Origin: a virus
Lineage: Duplodnaviria > Caudoviricetes
IMG/VR virus record: IMGVR_UViG_3300025366_000006
Span: 1 to 55,371 of that record
Reading direction: 5' to 3' (one strand)
DNA length: 55,371 nucleotides
Below the pieces are notes generated by a model, which was not told the origin of the DNA, ran no database searches, and was given only the letters and a program-made list of their open reading frames with translations. This document shows positions 8,748 through 17,770 of this stretch, piece by piece (position 1 is the first letter of the stretch; each line of letters begins with the position of its first letter). The position numbers were made by a program, and so were the translations under genes.

Positions 8748-10976
8748 TTAAGCATTTACTGAAGTAGCAATTCTATACCAGTTTCCATATGCTCCACAAA
8801 GAGCAAGGGTAGTACGATTATTTGCTGTAACATTTGCTACAAGATAAATATTGCCACCATTTTGGATGGCACAAGTTGATTGGAAAAGAATATTCAAGAT
8901 TCTACCTTCAGAATTGTTTACTCCAACGATTGCTGTTCCAGCGGCCCCCACTCCAGATCCAGAAGAAAAATCAACAGAAGGAGGAGAAGTATATCCAGAT
9001 CCATAATTAGTCATCGTAACTCCAATTATTTGTCCTTGGTTATCTACAGCGGCGGTAGCGGCGGCTCCTGCACCTCCACCTCCAGAGAAGATAACAGGCA
9101 CACTAGAGTTAGGAGTATATCCAGATCCACCATTAGTTACTTGGACATCACTAACTTTTTGATAAAAAACATCTTGGCTATATGTTCTTATGTTATTTAT
9201 TGTCGTTGTTCCAGTAATGTAAAATGTTTCAACATAGTCTGGAATCACTAGCGTACTTGCGGCAGTAAATGTTGGAATAAATGCATTATATGTATCAGCC
9301 GCTAAAACATAATTTCCTTTAATTTGAGAACTTGCATAAGAAATAATCCCGTTATTTACAGCAGAAGCACCTTGAATATAATTATCGGAAATTAATGCAT
9401 TAATAGGAACTCTTGAAATAAGTATTCCAACACTATTTGCATTACTATTTAGATAAATGCTATTATTAGAAATTGTTGCATATGATCCAATGGTTGGAAA
9501 TGGAGATGTTGAGCTTGCTCCATCAACGCCAGCAAATCCGATTCCATAACATTGTGTAGATCCAGCCATTTGGATGTTATTTCCAATGCATGAACATGAA
9601 ACAGATGCACCAATATTTATAAAAGTTGCCGATGCATTTGCTGTAGCTCCTTCCCATTGGCATTGGTTATTAGAAATAACGCTATTAAAACATCCACCAG
9701 CATCAATTCCGTATACTTGGTTATCTCTTGTAGAATTACCACTACAAACAGAATTTGCACAATTAAACAAAATTCCTCCAGCATATGATGTTGAATAACC
9801 ATTTTTATAACATACATTTCCATTAACTGAACCATTAGATCCTTGGAACATTAAGCCATAAGACCCGTTGTTTCCACAAAGGTTGTTTGCTATTACAACA
9901 TCATCTGATTGAGGAACGGTTGGGCCATAATAAGGATTTGATGGTGTTCCTCCTGTATAATAACCATAAACTCCAATTCCAATACCAGAATTGTAAATTG
10001 CTTTATTATTGGTAATAATTAAAGAATTTGAAACATTTGCAATCGGAGGGAATACATAATTAGCTACGGATACGCCATTTACACCATTAGAAATAAAAGA
10101 GTTTCCATCTAATGTTATATACCAATCTTCATTAAGATAAAATCCAGAACCATCATTATTTTGGCATATGTTATTATTAAATATTGATGGGGTCTTTGTT
10201 GTTTTGCCAAGACCCATACTATCAACAAAACCAGCACCGTATCCACTAACAGATTTTGCATTAATAAATGAGCATTCCTCTACGATCCATTGGTAGCATT
10301 GATAAACAGTAAAGTTATTAGATCCGTATGTTTGATTTGCTTTATTCCCATCAAAGGTAATGCCTTTAACAATAAAGTTATTGTTAGATGTAAATTGTAA
10401 AATGCTATTGTTGTTTGTTTGAGATGAAATTCTTTTTAGGATGGTTTTATTAATCCCATCTCCATATATGTTAATATTGCTTATACCACTTAAATAAGTA
10501 ACAGAGTATGTTCCAGCAGGAATATACAGACTCTTGTTTGTGGCGGCGTTAATTGCCGCTTGTAATGCTGTAGTAGAATCATTTGTTCCAGTAGGATCTG
10601 CACCATAATCAAGTGCATTAATTGTGTCTGCAAATCTATTTGCCAATGTCCTTGGTGTATTTGATCCAGTAGCAGTTACCAATGCTTGGTTTGGATCTGA
10701 AGTTACACTAGCAAATGCACCCAATTGACCAGTAGTTGTCAAACCAACATAAAAGTTAATATCTTGGGCGGCTACCTGTTGAAGATTAGGCAATAGAATT
10801 GGAGCCTGTATGCTTCCATCTCCAAATCTTGTTACGCTTCCATCGTAAATAACAAATGCTGGATTCAATGGAGGGTTTAACCTTGCCACTTGATTCCCAT
10901 TTGCCCATACCAATGGCCCTACGCCTTGGCTTACAGGAGGAATAACACTAATAGGTACTTGAGGAGGACAGGGCAT
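8748..10976 (-). CDS. Tailspike with pectate-lyase-like right-handed beta-helix
   Basis: DYGADPTGTNDSTTALQAAINA, LYIPAGTY, Asn-ladder repeats, C-terminal VTNGGSGYT/TNYGSGYT repeats. Confidence 0.85.
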   Translation of the reverse strand: MPCPPQVPISVIPPVSQGVGPLVWANGNQVARLNPPLNPAFVIYDGSVTRFGDGSIQAPILLPNLQQVAAQDINFYVGLTTTGQLGAFASVTSDPNQALVTATGSNTPRTLANRFADTINALDYGADPTGTNDSTTALQAAINAATNKSLYIPAGTYSVTYLSGISNINIYGDGINKTILKRISSQTNNNSILQFTSNNNFIVKGITFDGNKANQTYGSNNFTVYQCYQWIVEECSFINAKSVSGYGAGFVDSMGLGKTTKTPSIFNNNICQNNDGSGFYLNEDWYITLDGNSFISNGVNGVSVANYVFPPIANVSNSLIITNNKAIYNSGIGIGVYGYYTGGTPSNPYYGPTVPQSDDVVIANNLCGNNGSYGLMFQGSNGSVNGNVCYKNGYSTSYAGGILFNCANSVCSGNSTRDNQVYGIDAGGCFNSVISNNQCQWEGATANASATFINIGASVSCSCIGNNIQMAGSTQCYGIGFAGVDGASSTSPFPTIGSYATISNNSIYLNSNANSVGILISRVPINALISDNYIQGASAVNNGIISYASSQIKGNYVLAADTYNAFIPTFTAASTLVIPDYVETFYITGTTTINNIRTYSQDVFYQKVSDVQVTNGGSGYTPNSSVPVIFSGGGGAGAAATAAVDNQGQIIGVTMTNYGSGYTSPPSVDFSSGSGVGAAGTAIVGVNNSEGRILNILFQSTCAIQNGGNIYLVANVTANNRTTLALCGAYGNWYRIATSVNA

Positions 10977-10977
10977 G

Positions 10978-11121
10978 TTAAGATGTAGCTGAAGTCAAAG
11001 TTGGTTCAGTATCATTTGGGTTTTGAGGAATATTCAATGGCATTTTAGCCAATATGCTATATCTCTGTATTGTTGGTACAGGAGGTGGATTGTTCTCGGG
11101 AGTAATTATTTCGTCTTCCAT
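10978..11121 (-). CDS. 47-aa Pro-rich hypothetical protein (not in ORF track)
   Basis: MEDEIITPENNPPPVPTIQRYSILAKMPLNIPQNPNDTEPTLTSATS exactly fills the gap between two tailspike genes. Confidence 0.5.
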   Translation of the reverse strand: MEDEIITPENNPPPVPTIQRYSILAKMPLNIPQNPNDTEPTLTSATS

Positions 11122-11124
11122 AAA

Positions 11125-12777
11125 TTATGTTCCTGTGCTTCCGCTCAAAACCCAAACATTAGATATAAGTTGCAATGTAACAACAGCATAACCACCACCA
11201 GTAGAATATTGGCTATTAACATTTCTCAAAACTGATGGTGATGCGGCTTGGAAGGTTGTTTTATTTCCTCCAAATTGGATAACCTTAAAAGAAAACCCAG
11301 ACACCAATGGTGTAATGCCATCAGTATCATAATATGGCAATGTTACTGTACAAGTAGATGATGGATTTATTGCAATTGTTTGATCCAAGTAATTACTATT
11401 AATAGTTAATGAATTAGAAGTGTAATAGATATATCTAGATTGAGGTATAACTGCAAAAATAGAATTAGTAGAAGTATTTCCATTTGATAATTTCAAATTT
11501 CCAGTTGAATTATCATGGATAAAAGAAATTTGAGATAATTGTTTTTGGCTAGTTATAAAATTAGCCCATGTTCCTGTTGTTCCATTATCGTAAACAAGAA
11601 CACCATTATCTAAAGAACCTTTAACTGCATTAATTGTAATTCCATCAGCATATTTTGATAAAGTTTGTGAATCAATATATTCGTTAATTGGTGCTATTGT
11701 AACATCAATAAACTTTTGATATTGAAAAGTAGTTGGATCTACTACTCCATTTTGAATTTCACAAAAGGCACTAAATCCTGTTCCTGCCAATTGTGTAACA
11801 TTTGAGAGTATTGCAGTGGCATCCGATCTTGATGTTGCTTGATTTGTTCCTTGATAAACAGAAAGATACATTGCATCAATTTCTCCAACATTTGCTTGTG
11901 TTGCAGAAGTCCAATTATCTTTGTATATCTGTATAAATTTTCCAAATTTAGCACTTGATGGGCCATTTAACCCACTTCCAGATGTTCCAATTATATCAGA
12001 GGTGCAAAAATATTGTTGATTTTGATGGTTGGCTGGAGCCTGATAAACAAAAGGATCTACACAAAAACTTGTAGAATTAAGTTGAGGAGAGATTTTATTT
12101 CCAGCAACAGTTGAACTTTCAAACTTAAATCCTATCCCATCTGGTAATTGGAAATAAGTATAATTGTAATTACCGTTAGGGAAATAAACCGTAGTAGCAC
12201 CAATCGAAACTGCATAAGCAACGGCGGCTTGAATAGCGGCAGTATCGTCTGTAGTTCCATCACCAGTAGCCCCAAAGTCTTTTACGTTAACAACATCAGC
12301 AAAACGATTTGCAAGCGTTCTTGGTGTATTTGAACCAGTAGCAGTAACAAAAAGATTAGAAGGAGCAAGCCAACTTGGAGAACTTGTTCCATTACTTTGC
12401 AACAATTGACCCGTTGCTCCAGCGGCAGTAAATCCTGTTGTGTTTAATCCTGTTTGATAAACAATCTGGCCAGCCGCACCACCATTGATATTCGTTGCAT
12501 TAGCAATCTGTTGGGTAGATGGAGGGTAATAGCTCCATAATCCAGTTGCATTTGTTCCAAGCAAGTAGCTTGGAGTTCCTTGGTTTACTTGGAGAAAAGG
12601 AAGATTAATGGGATTCTGTGCAGATCCATCAGCAACCACAAAAGTTTGCCCATTCCATGTTTGGAGAGCGGGGTTGGTTCCAGGTACTACGGGGTATTGA
12701 TTTCCGCACCCACAATAGCTCCAGCCATTCACAACTGGATTAGAACCACAGCAAGATTGATTTTGTGGATATTGCAT
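11125..12777 (-). CDS. Second tailspike/fibre with pectate-lyase-3-like entry motif
   Basis: VNVKDFGATGDGTTDDTAAIQAA, VYFPNGNY; shares VTATGSNTPRTLANRFAD with 8748..10976. Confidence 0.85.
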   Translation of the reverse strand: MQYPQNQSCCGSNPVVNGWSYCGCGNQYPVVPGTNPALQTWNGQTFVVADGSAQNPINLPFLQVNQGTPSYLLGTNATGLWSYYPPSTQQIANATNINGGAAGQIVYQTGLNTTGFTAAGATGQLLQSNGTSSPSWLAPSNLFVTATGSNTPRTLANRFADVVNVKDFGATGDGTTDDTAAIQAAVAYAVSIGATTVYFPNGNYNYTYFQLPDGIGFKFESSTVAGNKISPQLNSTSFCVDPFVYQAPANHQNQQYFCTSDIIGTSGSGLNGPSSAKFGKFIQIYKDNWTSATQANVGEIDAMYLSVYQGTNQATSRSDATAILSNVTQLAGTGFSAFCEIQNGVVDPTTFQYQKFIDVTIAPINEYIDSQTLSKYADGITINAVKGSLDNGVLVYDNGTTGTWANFITSQKQLSQISFIHDNSTGNLKLSNGNTSTNSIFAVIPQSRYIYYTSNSLTINSNYLDQTIAINPSSTCTVTLPYYDTDGITPLVSGFSFKVIQFGGNKTTFQAASPSVLRNVNSQYSTGGGYAVVTLQLISNVWVLSGSTGT

Positions 12778-12787
12778 CGGCGTAAGA

Positions 12788-13219
12788 CTATACTACTCCA
12801 GCAACTTTAGACAAGTCGATAACCCTAGAAATCCAACCTTTTCTAAACTTGGCTAGTCTTGGCTTTTGATCAGCTAATCTATTGTAGAAATCAATGCGTT
12901 CTTGTTGGAACTTTTTGGGATTTCTAGCTGATGCATTAAGGAATTGTTGCGCTCTTCCAATACCACAATTTACACACGCATCGAAAAATAACCAATCTAA
13001 AGGTACAGGAAGATGTTCACATCCATCCTTGACCCATTCATTCCAATATATATCCGTGGCTTCTTCAGTAGTAAGATTCTTAATATCAACGCTAGGATGT
13101 GATCTTTGATCAATTCCGTATTTAGTAGCTCCTCCACTATCGTCAGGATCATTTTCATAGGTCGTTCCTTCCCAACGAAATAACCAAGGTATGATTACGT
13201 TCTTAAATCGAGCCGTCAT
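12788..13219 (-). CDS. Endolysin, glycoside hydrolase family 108
   Basis: EG..ENDPDDSGGATKYGI, IYWNEW, FDACVNCG, KFRKGWISRV. Confidence 0.9.
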   Translation of the reverse strand: MTARFKNVIIPWLFRWEGTTYENDPDDSGGATKYGIDQRSHPSVDIKNLTTEEATDIYWNEWVKDGCEHLPVPLDWLFFDACVNCGIGRAQQFLNASARNPKKFQQERIDFYNRLADQKPRLAKFRKGWISRVIDLSKVAGVV

Positions 13220-13574
13220 CGTAATATCTAGCTTTTGGCGTTCTAAAGTTATTTACCTCTTCTTCTGGAGCTTCAGCATTGGAATCAATGTGTTCGTCCT
13301 CAGATATGTTCTGCAATGCTGATACAGCTTTCCAATCAAAACACGCTTGTCCTGTGATAAGAGTCATCGCTAATGCCATGAATGCCATGATTGCAGTATT
13401 GGAAACCTCAACTATTTCTTTGGATGCTTCGGCATGATCATGAATAAGGAAAACAGTAGATGCAAAAACAATGACTACACCTACTCCAGCAATTCCAGCA
13501 TATAGAGCTTTTTTGCTTTTGGATGCTGGCTGTGCCAGTTTTTCCTTAATTAAAGATGAGCGAGAAACTGCCAT
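13203..13574 (-). CDS. Holin-like membrane protein (2 TM)
   Basis: SKKAL then two hydrophobic helices and an acidic tail; directly upstream of the endolysin. Confidence 0.55.
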   Translation of the reverse strand: MAVSRSSLIKEKLAQPASKSKKALYAGIAGVGVVIVFASTVFLIHDHAEASKEIVEVSNTAIMAFMALAMTLITGQACFDWKAVSALQNISEDEHIDSNAEAPEEEVNNFRTPKARYYDDGSI

Positions 13575-13987
13575 GCTACAATTCCAGCTACAGCACCAGA
13601 ACCAATCGAAATAAACCAATCAGCGGCTAATGCAGGAGGATAAAATGAGAGCAGAACAGAAGAAAACCTTTGGATTCCAGCAAAGACAATAAGCCCAACG
13701 AGAGAAGAGCATAGCAAAAGCAATTTATTAAAATGGTTTTTTTCATCAGAAAGTTCTTTTTTGGTTACAGAAAGTTGCGTTTCTGTTTCATGCAGTTTTG
13801 CCGTTTGCTCATTAATTGCTTCTTGAACAACCCCTAGCTCTGCTTTTGCTGTAGCCGCATCTGCTTGTGCCTCGTGAACAAGTCTACGCTGATGTTCAAC
13901 TGTAGCAATAATGTCAACTTTAGTTATAGTTGATGCATAAATTGAAGGTATGCCACAAAGTATAATTGCCAATGCTAGTTTTTTCAT
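13550..13987 (-). CDS. Signal peptide + coiled coil + C-terminal TM protein (spanin-like?)
   Basis: MKKLALAIILCG signal, long coiled coil, two C-terminal hydrophobic helices; ATGA-coupled start at 13987. Confidence 0.5.
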   Translation of the reverse strand: MKKLALAIILCGIPSIYASTITKVDIIATVEHQRRLVHEAQADAATAKAELGVVQEAINEQTAKLHETETQLSVTKKELSDEKNHFNKLLLLCSSLVGLIVFAGIQRFSSVLLSFYPPALAADWFISIGSGAVAGIVAWQFLAHL

Positions 13988-14157
13988 TTGTGAGTTTTTA
14001 ACCATTGTTCAACTATTACTGCTTTCCCATCCACGGCAGAAAGATTGCCTTGGATAGCAGAAATGTTATCTTCAGCAGACGAAACTGATATATTTGAAGC
14101 GGGATGACTACATCCAATAAGAATAATAGATGCACATCCAATAAGAAGTTTCTTCAT
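13984..14157 (-). CDS. 57-aa lipoprotein, o-spanin candidate (not in ORF track)
   Basis: MKKLLIGCASIILIGCSHPASNISVSSAEDNISAIQGNLSAVDGKAVIVEQWLKTHK; lipobox LIGC; ATGA overlaps at both ends. Confidence 0.7.
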   Translation of the reverse strand: MKKLLIGCASIILIGCSHPASNISVSSAEDNISAIQGNLSAVDGKAVIVEQWLKTHK

Positions 14158-14351
14158 TTTTTCCTGTTCTTGTGATCAGCGTAAAGGTCGTAAGCAAGTT
14201 TCGCAAATGAAGCAAGACCAACAAAGATACCGATTGCCATGCTGATAATCCGAAGCTCAAGATCAAGAGTCGGATCAAAACTAATAGCGGCGGCGGCAAT
14301 AGGAGCCGTCATTCCAATTGCACCTGTTGCGGCAGTATCAATGTGGTGCAT
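14154..14351 (-). CDS. Small membrane protein, holin candidate
   Basis: Hydrophobic segments with basic C-terminus (HKNRKK) at the head of the lysis cassette. Confidence 0.5.
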   Translation of the reverse strand: MHHIDTAATGAIGMTAPIAAAAISFDPTLDLELRIISMAIGIFVGLASFAKLAYDLYADHKNRKK

Positions 14352-14353
14352 GG

Positions 14354-14674
14354 CTATTTTTGTTTATAAGGTTGTGGGAACAAAGCGAGAATTGCGGCTT
14401 GAATTGAATCATTACCACTTTTCACATTAAGTAATTCACTCAAGCGAGCGTCCGTATCAGCATCAGTAAATTGACCGATGGAAGAATAAGGAGGAGTTGT
14501 ATGCTGGCTCCAAAGCGTAATGCCAACATTTACTCCCTTGAGTTGAGCAACTGCCTGTTGCTGTGAATTGTCATAACTTACGCTGTAATCAATTGAAGTT
14601 AGCGTAGTAGGCTTCAGCGGCTTTCCATGCACAGGTGCAGGAGAGATAGTAATTGGAGAAGTTAGAGTAATCAT
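14354..14674 (-). CDS. Hypothetical protein (possible fibre assembly factor)
   Basis: 106-aa ORF following the lectin protein; YSSIGQFTDAD motif. Confidence 0.5.
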   Translation of the reverse strand: MITLTSPITISPAPVHGKPLKPTTLTSIDYSVSYDNSQQQAVAQLKGVNVGITLWSQHTTPPYSSIGQFTDADTDARLSELLNVKSGNDSIQAAILALFPQPYKQK

Positions 14675-14676
14675 AA

Positions 14677-16374
14677 TTAGACATTAATAAACCAAGGGAG
14701 ATGAAGCAATCGGGAAATCCAGTTAGTTCCAAGGGCGGTTCCACCACCGCCCCCTCCACCAGAGATATTTACAACAAATCCAGTAGAACCATATGATGCA
14801 CCTTCATTAAGGTTTCCCAAAGAGTTAGCTGATCCCTGCCATGAATATTGCAAAGATGCCGCTGATTTATATGTGGCAGTTCCATTGATAACTGATTCAA
14901 AAACAAATGCTCCAGTATCAAAAGTTACATTTCCATAAAGTGTTACTCTTGCCATAGTAGAGTAATTAGATAAAAATACTCCGTTCGTTACTGTTAATGT
15001 TAAATTGCCAGTATTATATCCAAGCCCAGAACTACTTCCAGTAATTGTATTAACAGTAATGCTTGTGCCTGTATTAAAGTTGAGATTTATATTATCACCT
15101 ATAAATACATCCGTAGATGCATCTGGAAGCTGTTGAGTTCCTACAGCATTAATTGGACGAGTTGTATAGGCATTGCTAGTCCACCAATTTAATGGATTAT
15201 TCCACTCGCCATCACCAGCACCGCCAAGAGAAATAGTATCATTATACCATTGAGGCGTTACAGCAGGCCAATCAAGATAAGTTACGCTCCCAGCAACAGT
15301 TCCACCAATTGGGAATTGTCCGTTTCCTTGGTCGTAATACACATAGGCATTACCAAGAATAGATCCAAATGCCCTAGAGCTATCCCGCAAAGTAGCATTG
15401 CCGTCAACAACCGAAGTTGAAGTAAGCTGTGAAGAATCGTGCATTGAAACACTATCGGTAGTAGATCCTGCCATTGCCGAAGAACCCTGCATATTTACTA
15501 TACCAGTTGATTGAAGTGTTAGTCCTGCACCAAAGTCAGCAGACCAAAAATTAGCATCAGCACAGAAGCATTGATTAGCTCCTTGTGTGTTTTGAGTAAC
15601 TTGATTGTAAAGATTAACTGGAGTTGAACCAGTAGGAACTGAAGTTGCTTGGACAGTAAATCCAGAATCTTGCCACCAATTTAGAAGATTTCCCCAATCT
15701 CCATCACTTTGAGCATTGTTGTAATAAAGAGATGCAGGAGGATATGGGTTTAATGCCGAAGGATTGGTGTATAGCGTAGTTACTTCAGCTTGTGTTAAAG
15801 CACGATTCCAAATTCCAATCTCATCCAATTGACCAACTAAAGTATAACCATCCCATCTTCCTCCCATTACAAAACCACCAGCAGGATCAGTTCCTATTCC
15901 AGCGGCATTTTTTGAATCTACAGGAGTTCCATTTTGATACCAAACTCCATTACCAGAAGAATCATAAGTAAAGGCATAATGTGTCCAAGTATTTGCAATA
16001 GTTGATGCATTAAATTGAGCAATCAATGAACCATTGTTTTGAACTTGGACATAAGTCAATGATCCATAATTTTGGATCAAAAGACTATTTGCACCAGATG
16101 TTGCAGAAGAAACTAATGTTCCAGAATTAGCATCACTATTTGTCCAAAGTGATACTGAAAAAGCTCCAGATGGAGGTGGAATTAAAGTGTTAGCAGTTCC
16201 AAGAGATTGACCGCCAGAAAAAACGGCATCACCTCCTACAATTCCAGTACCTAAAGTTACTCCCCCACTATTTGTAAGAGTATTTGCTCCGTAAGTAGAA
16301 TCAAGAAGACTTACTCCACCAGAACCATTATCATCAAGATTCCAGTAGGCTATATTGCCGTCTGTAAGAGCCAT
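14677..16374 (-). CDS. LamG/concanavalin A-like lectin virion protein
   Basis: IAYWNLDD, FSVSLW, WTHYAFTYD, GQLDEIGIWNRALTQAEV; two DGxWxNxLNWW repeats. Confidence 0.85.
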   Translation of the reverse strand: MALTDGNIAYWNLDDNGSGGVSLLDSTYGANTLTNSGGVTLGTGIVGGDAVFSGGQSLGTANTLIPPPSGAFSVSLWTNSDANSGTLVSSATSGANSLLIQNYGSLTYVQVQNNGSLIAQFNASTIANTWTHYAFTYDSSGNGVWYQNGTPVDSKNAAGIGTDPAGGFVMGGRWDGYTLVGQLDEIGIWNRALTQAEVTTLYTNPSALNPYPPASLYYNNAQSDGDWGNLLNWWQDSGFTVQATSVPTGSTPVNLYNQVTQNTQGANQCFCADANFWSADFGAGLTLQSTGIVNMQGSSAMAGSTTDSVSMHDSSQLTSTSVVDGNATLRDSSRAFGSILGNAYVYYDQGNGQFPIGGTVAGSVTYLDWPAVTPQWYNDTISLGGAGDGEWNNPLNWWTSNAYTTRPINAVGTQQLPDASTDVFIGDNINLNFNTGTSITVNTITGSSSGLGYNTGNLTLTVTNGVFLSNYSTMARVTLYGNVTFDTGAFVFESVINGTATYKSAASLQYSWQGSANSLGNLNEGASYGSTGFVVNISGGGGGGGTALGTNWISRLLHLPWFINV

Positions 16375-16380
16375 AGCAGA

Positions 16381-16641
16381 TTAGCTAGTACGCCTAATGT
16401 CTGTAATGTTGTTGCTACCATCAAATGTGATAGTAATCGTCGCCACAACAACACCTTGATTTAGGCAAGTGATTAGCCCAGGTTGCGGTGGTGTACCACC
16501 ATTATAGTTAGAAAATTGGACTTCCGTATAGGTAGGAAGATTGAAGCCAGCGGTAGCATTCCAAATGTTCCAAAGTTGTTCGGATTCATTTGTCGTGTTC
16601 CATCCACCCAAACCAGCAGTAGAGTTATCGTAAATACTCAT
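16381..16641 (-). CDS. Small structural hypothetical protein
   Basis: VVATITITFDGSNNITDIRRT ending is seen in small phage virion proteins. Confidence 0.55.
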   Translation of the reverse strand: MSIYDNSTAGLGGWNTTNESEQLWNIWNATAGFNLPTYTEVQFSNYNGGTPPQPGLITCLNQGVVVATITITFDGSNNITDIRRTS

Positions 16642-16668
16642 TGTTATAAATTGTAGAAGCCCAATAGA

Positions 16669-16701
16669 TATGGGGCAAGGGGATTGAACCCTCGCCCCAT
16701 A
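16669..16701 (-). terminator. Hairpin after capsid/decoration module
   Basis: Minus strand TATGGGGCGAGGG-TTCAATC-CCCTTGCCCCATA, 13-bp stem with one G.U; weak U tract. Confidence 0.55.
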
Positions 16702-16707
16702 ATTTAA

Positions 16708-17388
16708 TTACTGAAGAAGACCAACAACATACACATCGCCATAAATCGCACCAATGCGTCCAGCGGTATCAGCCGTGGAAGCCTCTGTAGTGAGAGATGG
16801 GTTAGCATACGAGAAGGTCGTAGCGGTCGTGGAAAGAACTGTAACAAGTCCGTTATAAGCGGCATTGCCAACAGAAAGAACCTTAACCTTTGCACCAGCA
16901 ACCAACCAAGAAGGAACGCTCGACACAGTAAGAGTGCTGATGTTGTTCGTGGTAGCACGATTAGTGGTAGCAAGTGCAGGGACTGCGGCAGTCGTAACAT
17001 TTACACGAAGTGCTTGTGTTGATGCGGCTCCATTAGAACCATTGGTTCCAACTGGAATCCCACCAAGAACATAACCATTCGTTGTAGGAGTGAAGATGGT
17101 CTGGGAAAGATTGCCAGCCGCAGTCGTCTGCACAGGTGTAAGGGGCAGAGTTGCAGTAGCAATGTTTTCACCAGTAGTTCCATCATCAATCGCCACAACA
17201 GCGGCAGTTCCATTAGTTCCAAGGGCGTTCTTGTAAACCACGAAAGAGGAAGTCGGAATAAAGACATTCTCATCGTATTCAAGTTGACCAATGGTAGTAG
17301 CTCCAGCAACAGTAAAGTCAACAGGAACAGGGCCGAAACGAACCTGTGTAAGATTGTTAGGGACAGGAGGTGTAGTAGTAGCAGACAT
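16708..17388 (-). CDS. Putative capsid decoration protein
   Basis: T/A/G-rich beta protein after the capsid gene; small beta-barrel LVAGAKVKV..YNGLVTV..TTFSY. Confidence 0.55.
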   Translation of the reverse strand: MSATTTPPVPNNLTQVRFGPVPVDFTVAGATTIGQLEYDENVFIPTSSFVVYKNALGTNGTAAVVAIDDGTTGENIATATLPLTPVQTTAAGNLSQTIFTPTTNGYVLGGIPVGTNGSNGAASTQALRVNVTTAAVPALATTNRATTNNISTLTVSSVPSWLVAGAKVKVLSVGNAAYNGLVTVLSTTATTFSYANPSLTTEASTADTAGRIGAIYGDVYVVGLLQ

Positions 17389-17410
17389 ATTTAGTTTGAT
17401 TAGTTAAAGA

Positions 17411-17752
17411 TTAATAATAGCCAGGGGTGTTGTAAACAACATTGTCAAGAGTGTAGGCAACCACAACGGTATCCGAAGAAGCCGTAACCGTGATTGGATA
17501 ATAAAGTGTTCCGCTACCAGAAAGAGACATACCAGCAAGAATTGTGGTATTTGCTCCATTCACAGTAACAGTAGCACTTCCAGATGCACTCGTACTAATC
17601 GACCAAGTGATTGCACTTGTAGGAATAGTTACGCTTGCTCCGCTAGTGACTGTTGCAAAAACAGGAGTCAAGGGTTGCCCTTGCCCCGCATAAAGCAGGG
17701 CAGGGGCGTTCAAGACATCCGATGGTGCGTAGATCGAAGGATTAAGTGACAT
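17411..17752 (-). CDS. Putative capsid decoration/cement protein
   Basis: 113-aa beta-rich ORF immediately after the capsid gene. Confidence 0.5.
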   Translation of the reverse strand: MSLNPSIYAPSDVLNAPALLYAGQGQPLTPVFATVTSGASVTIPTSAITWSISTSASGSATVTVNGANTTILAGMSLSGSGTLYYPITVTASSDTVVVAYTLDNVVYNTPGYY

Positions 17753-17770
17753 AGGATGTTTCCCTTAATT

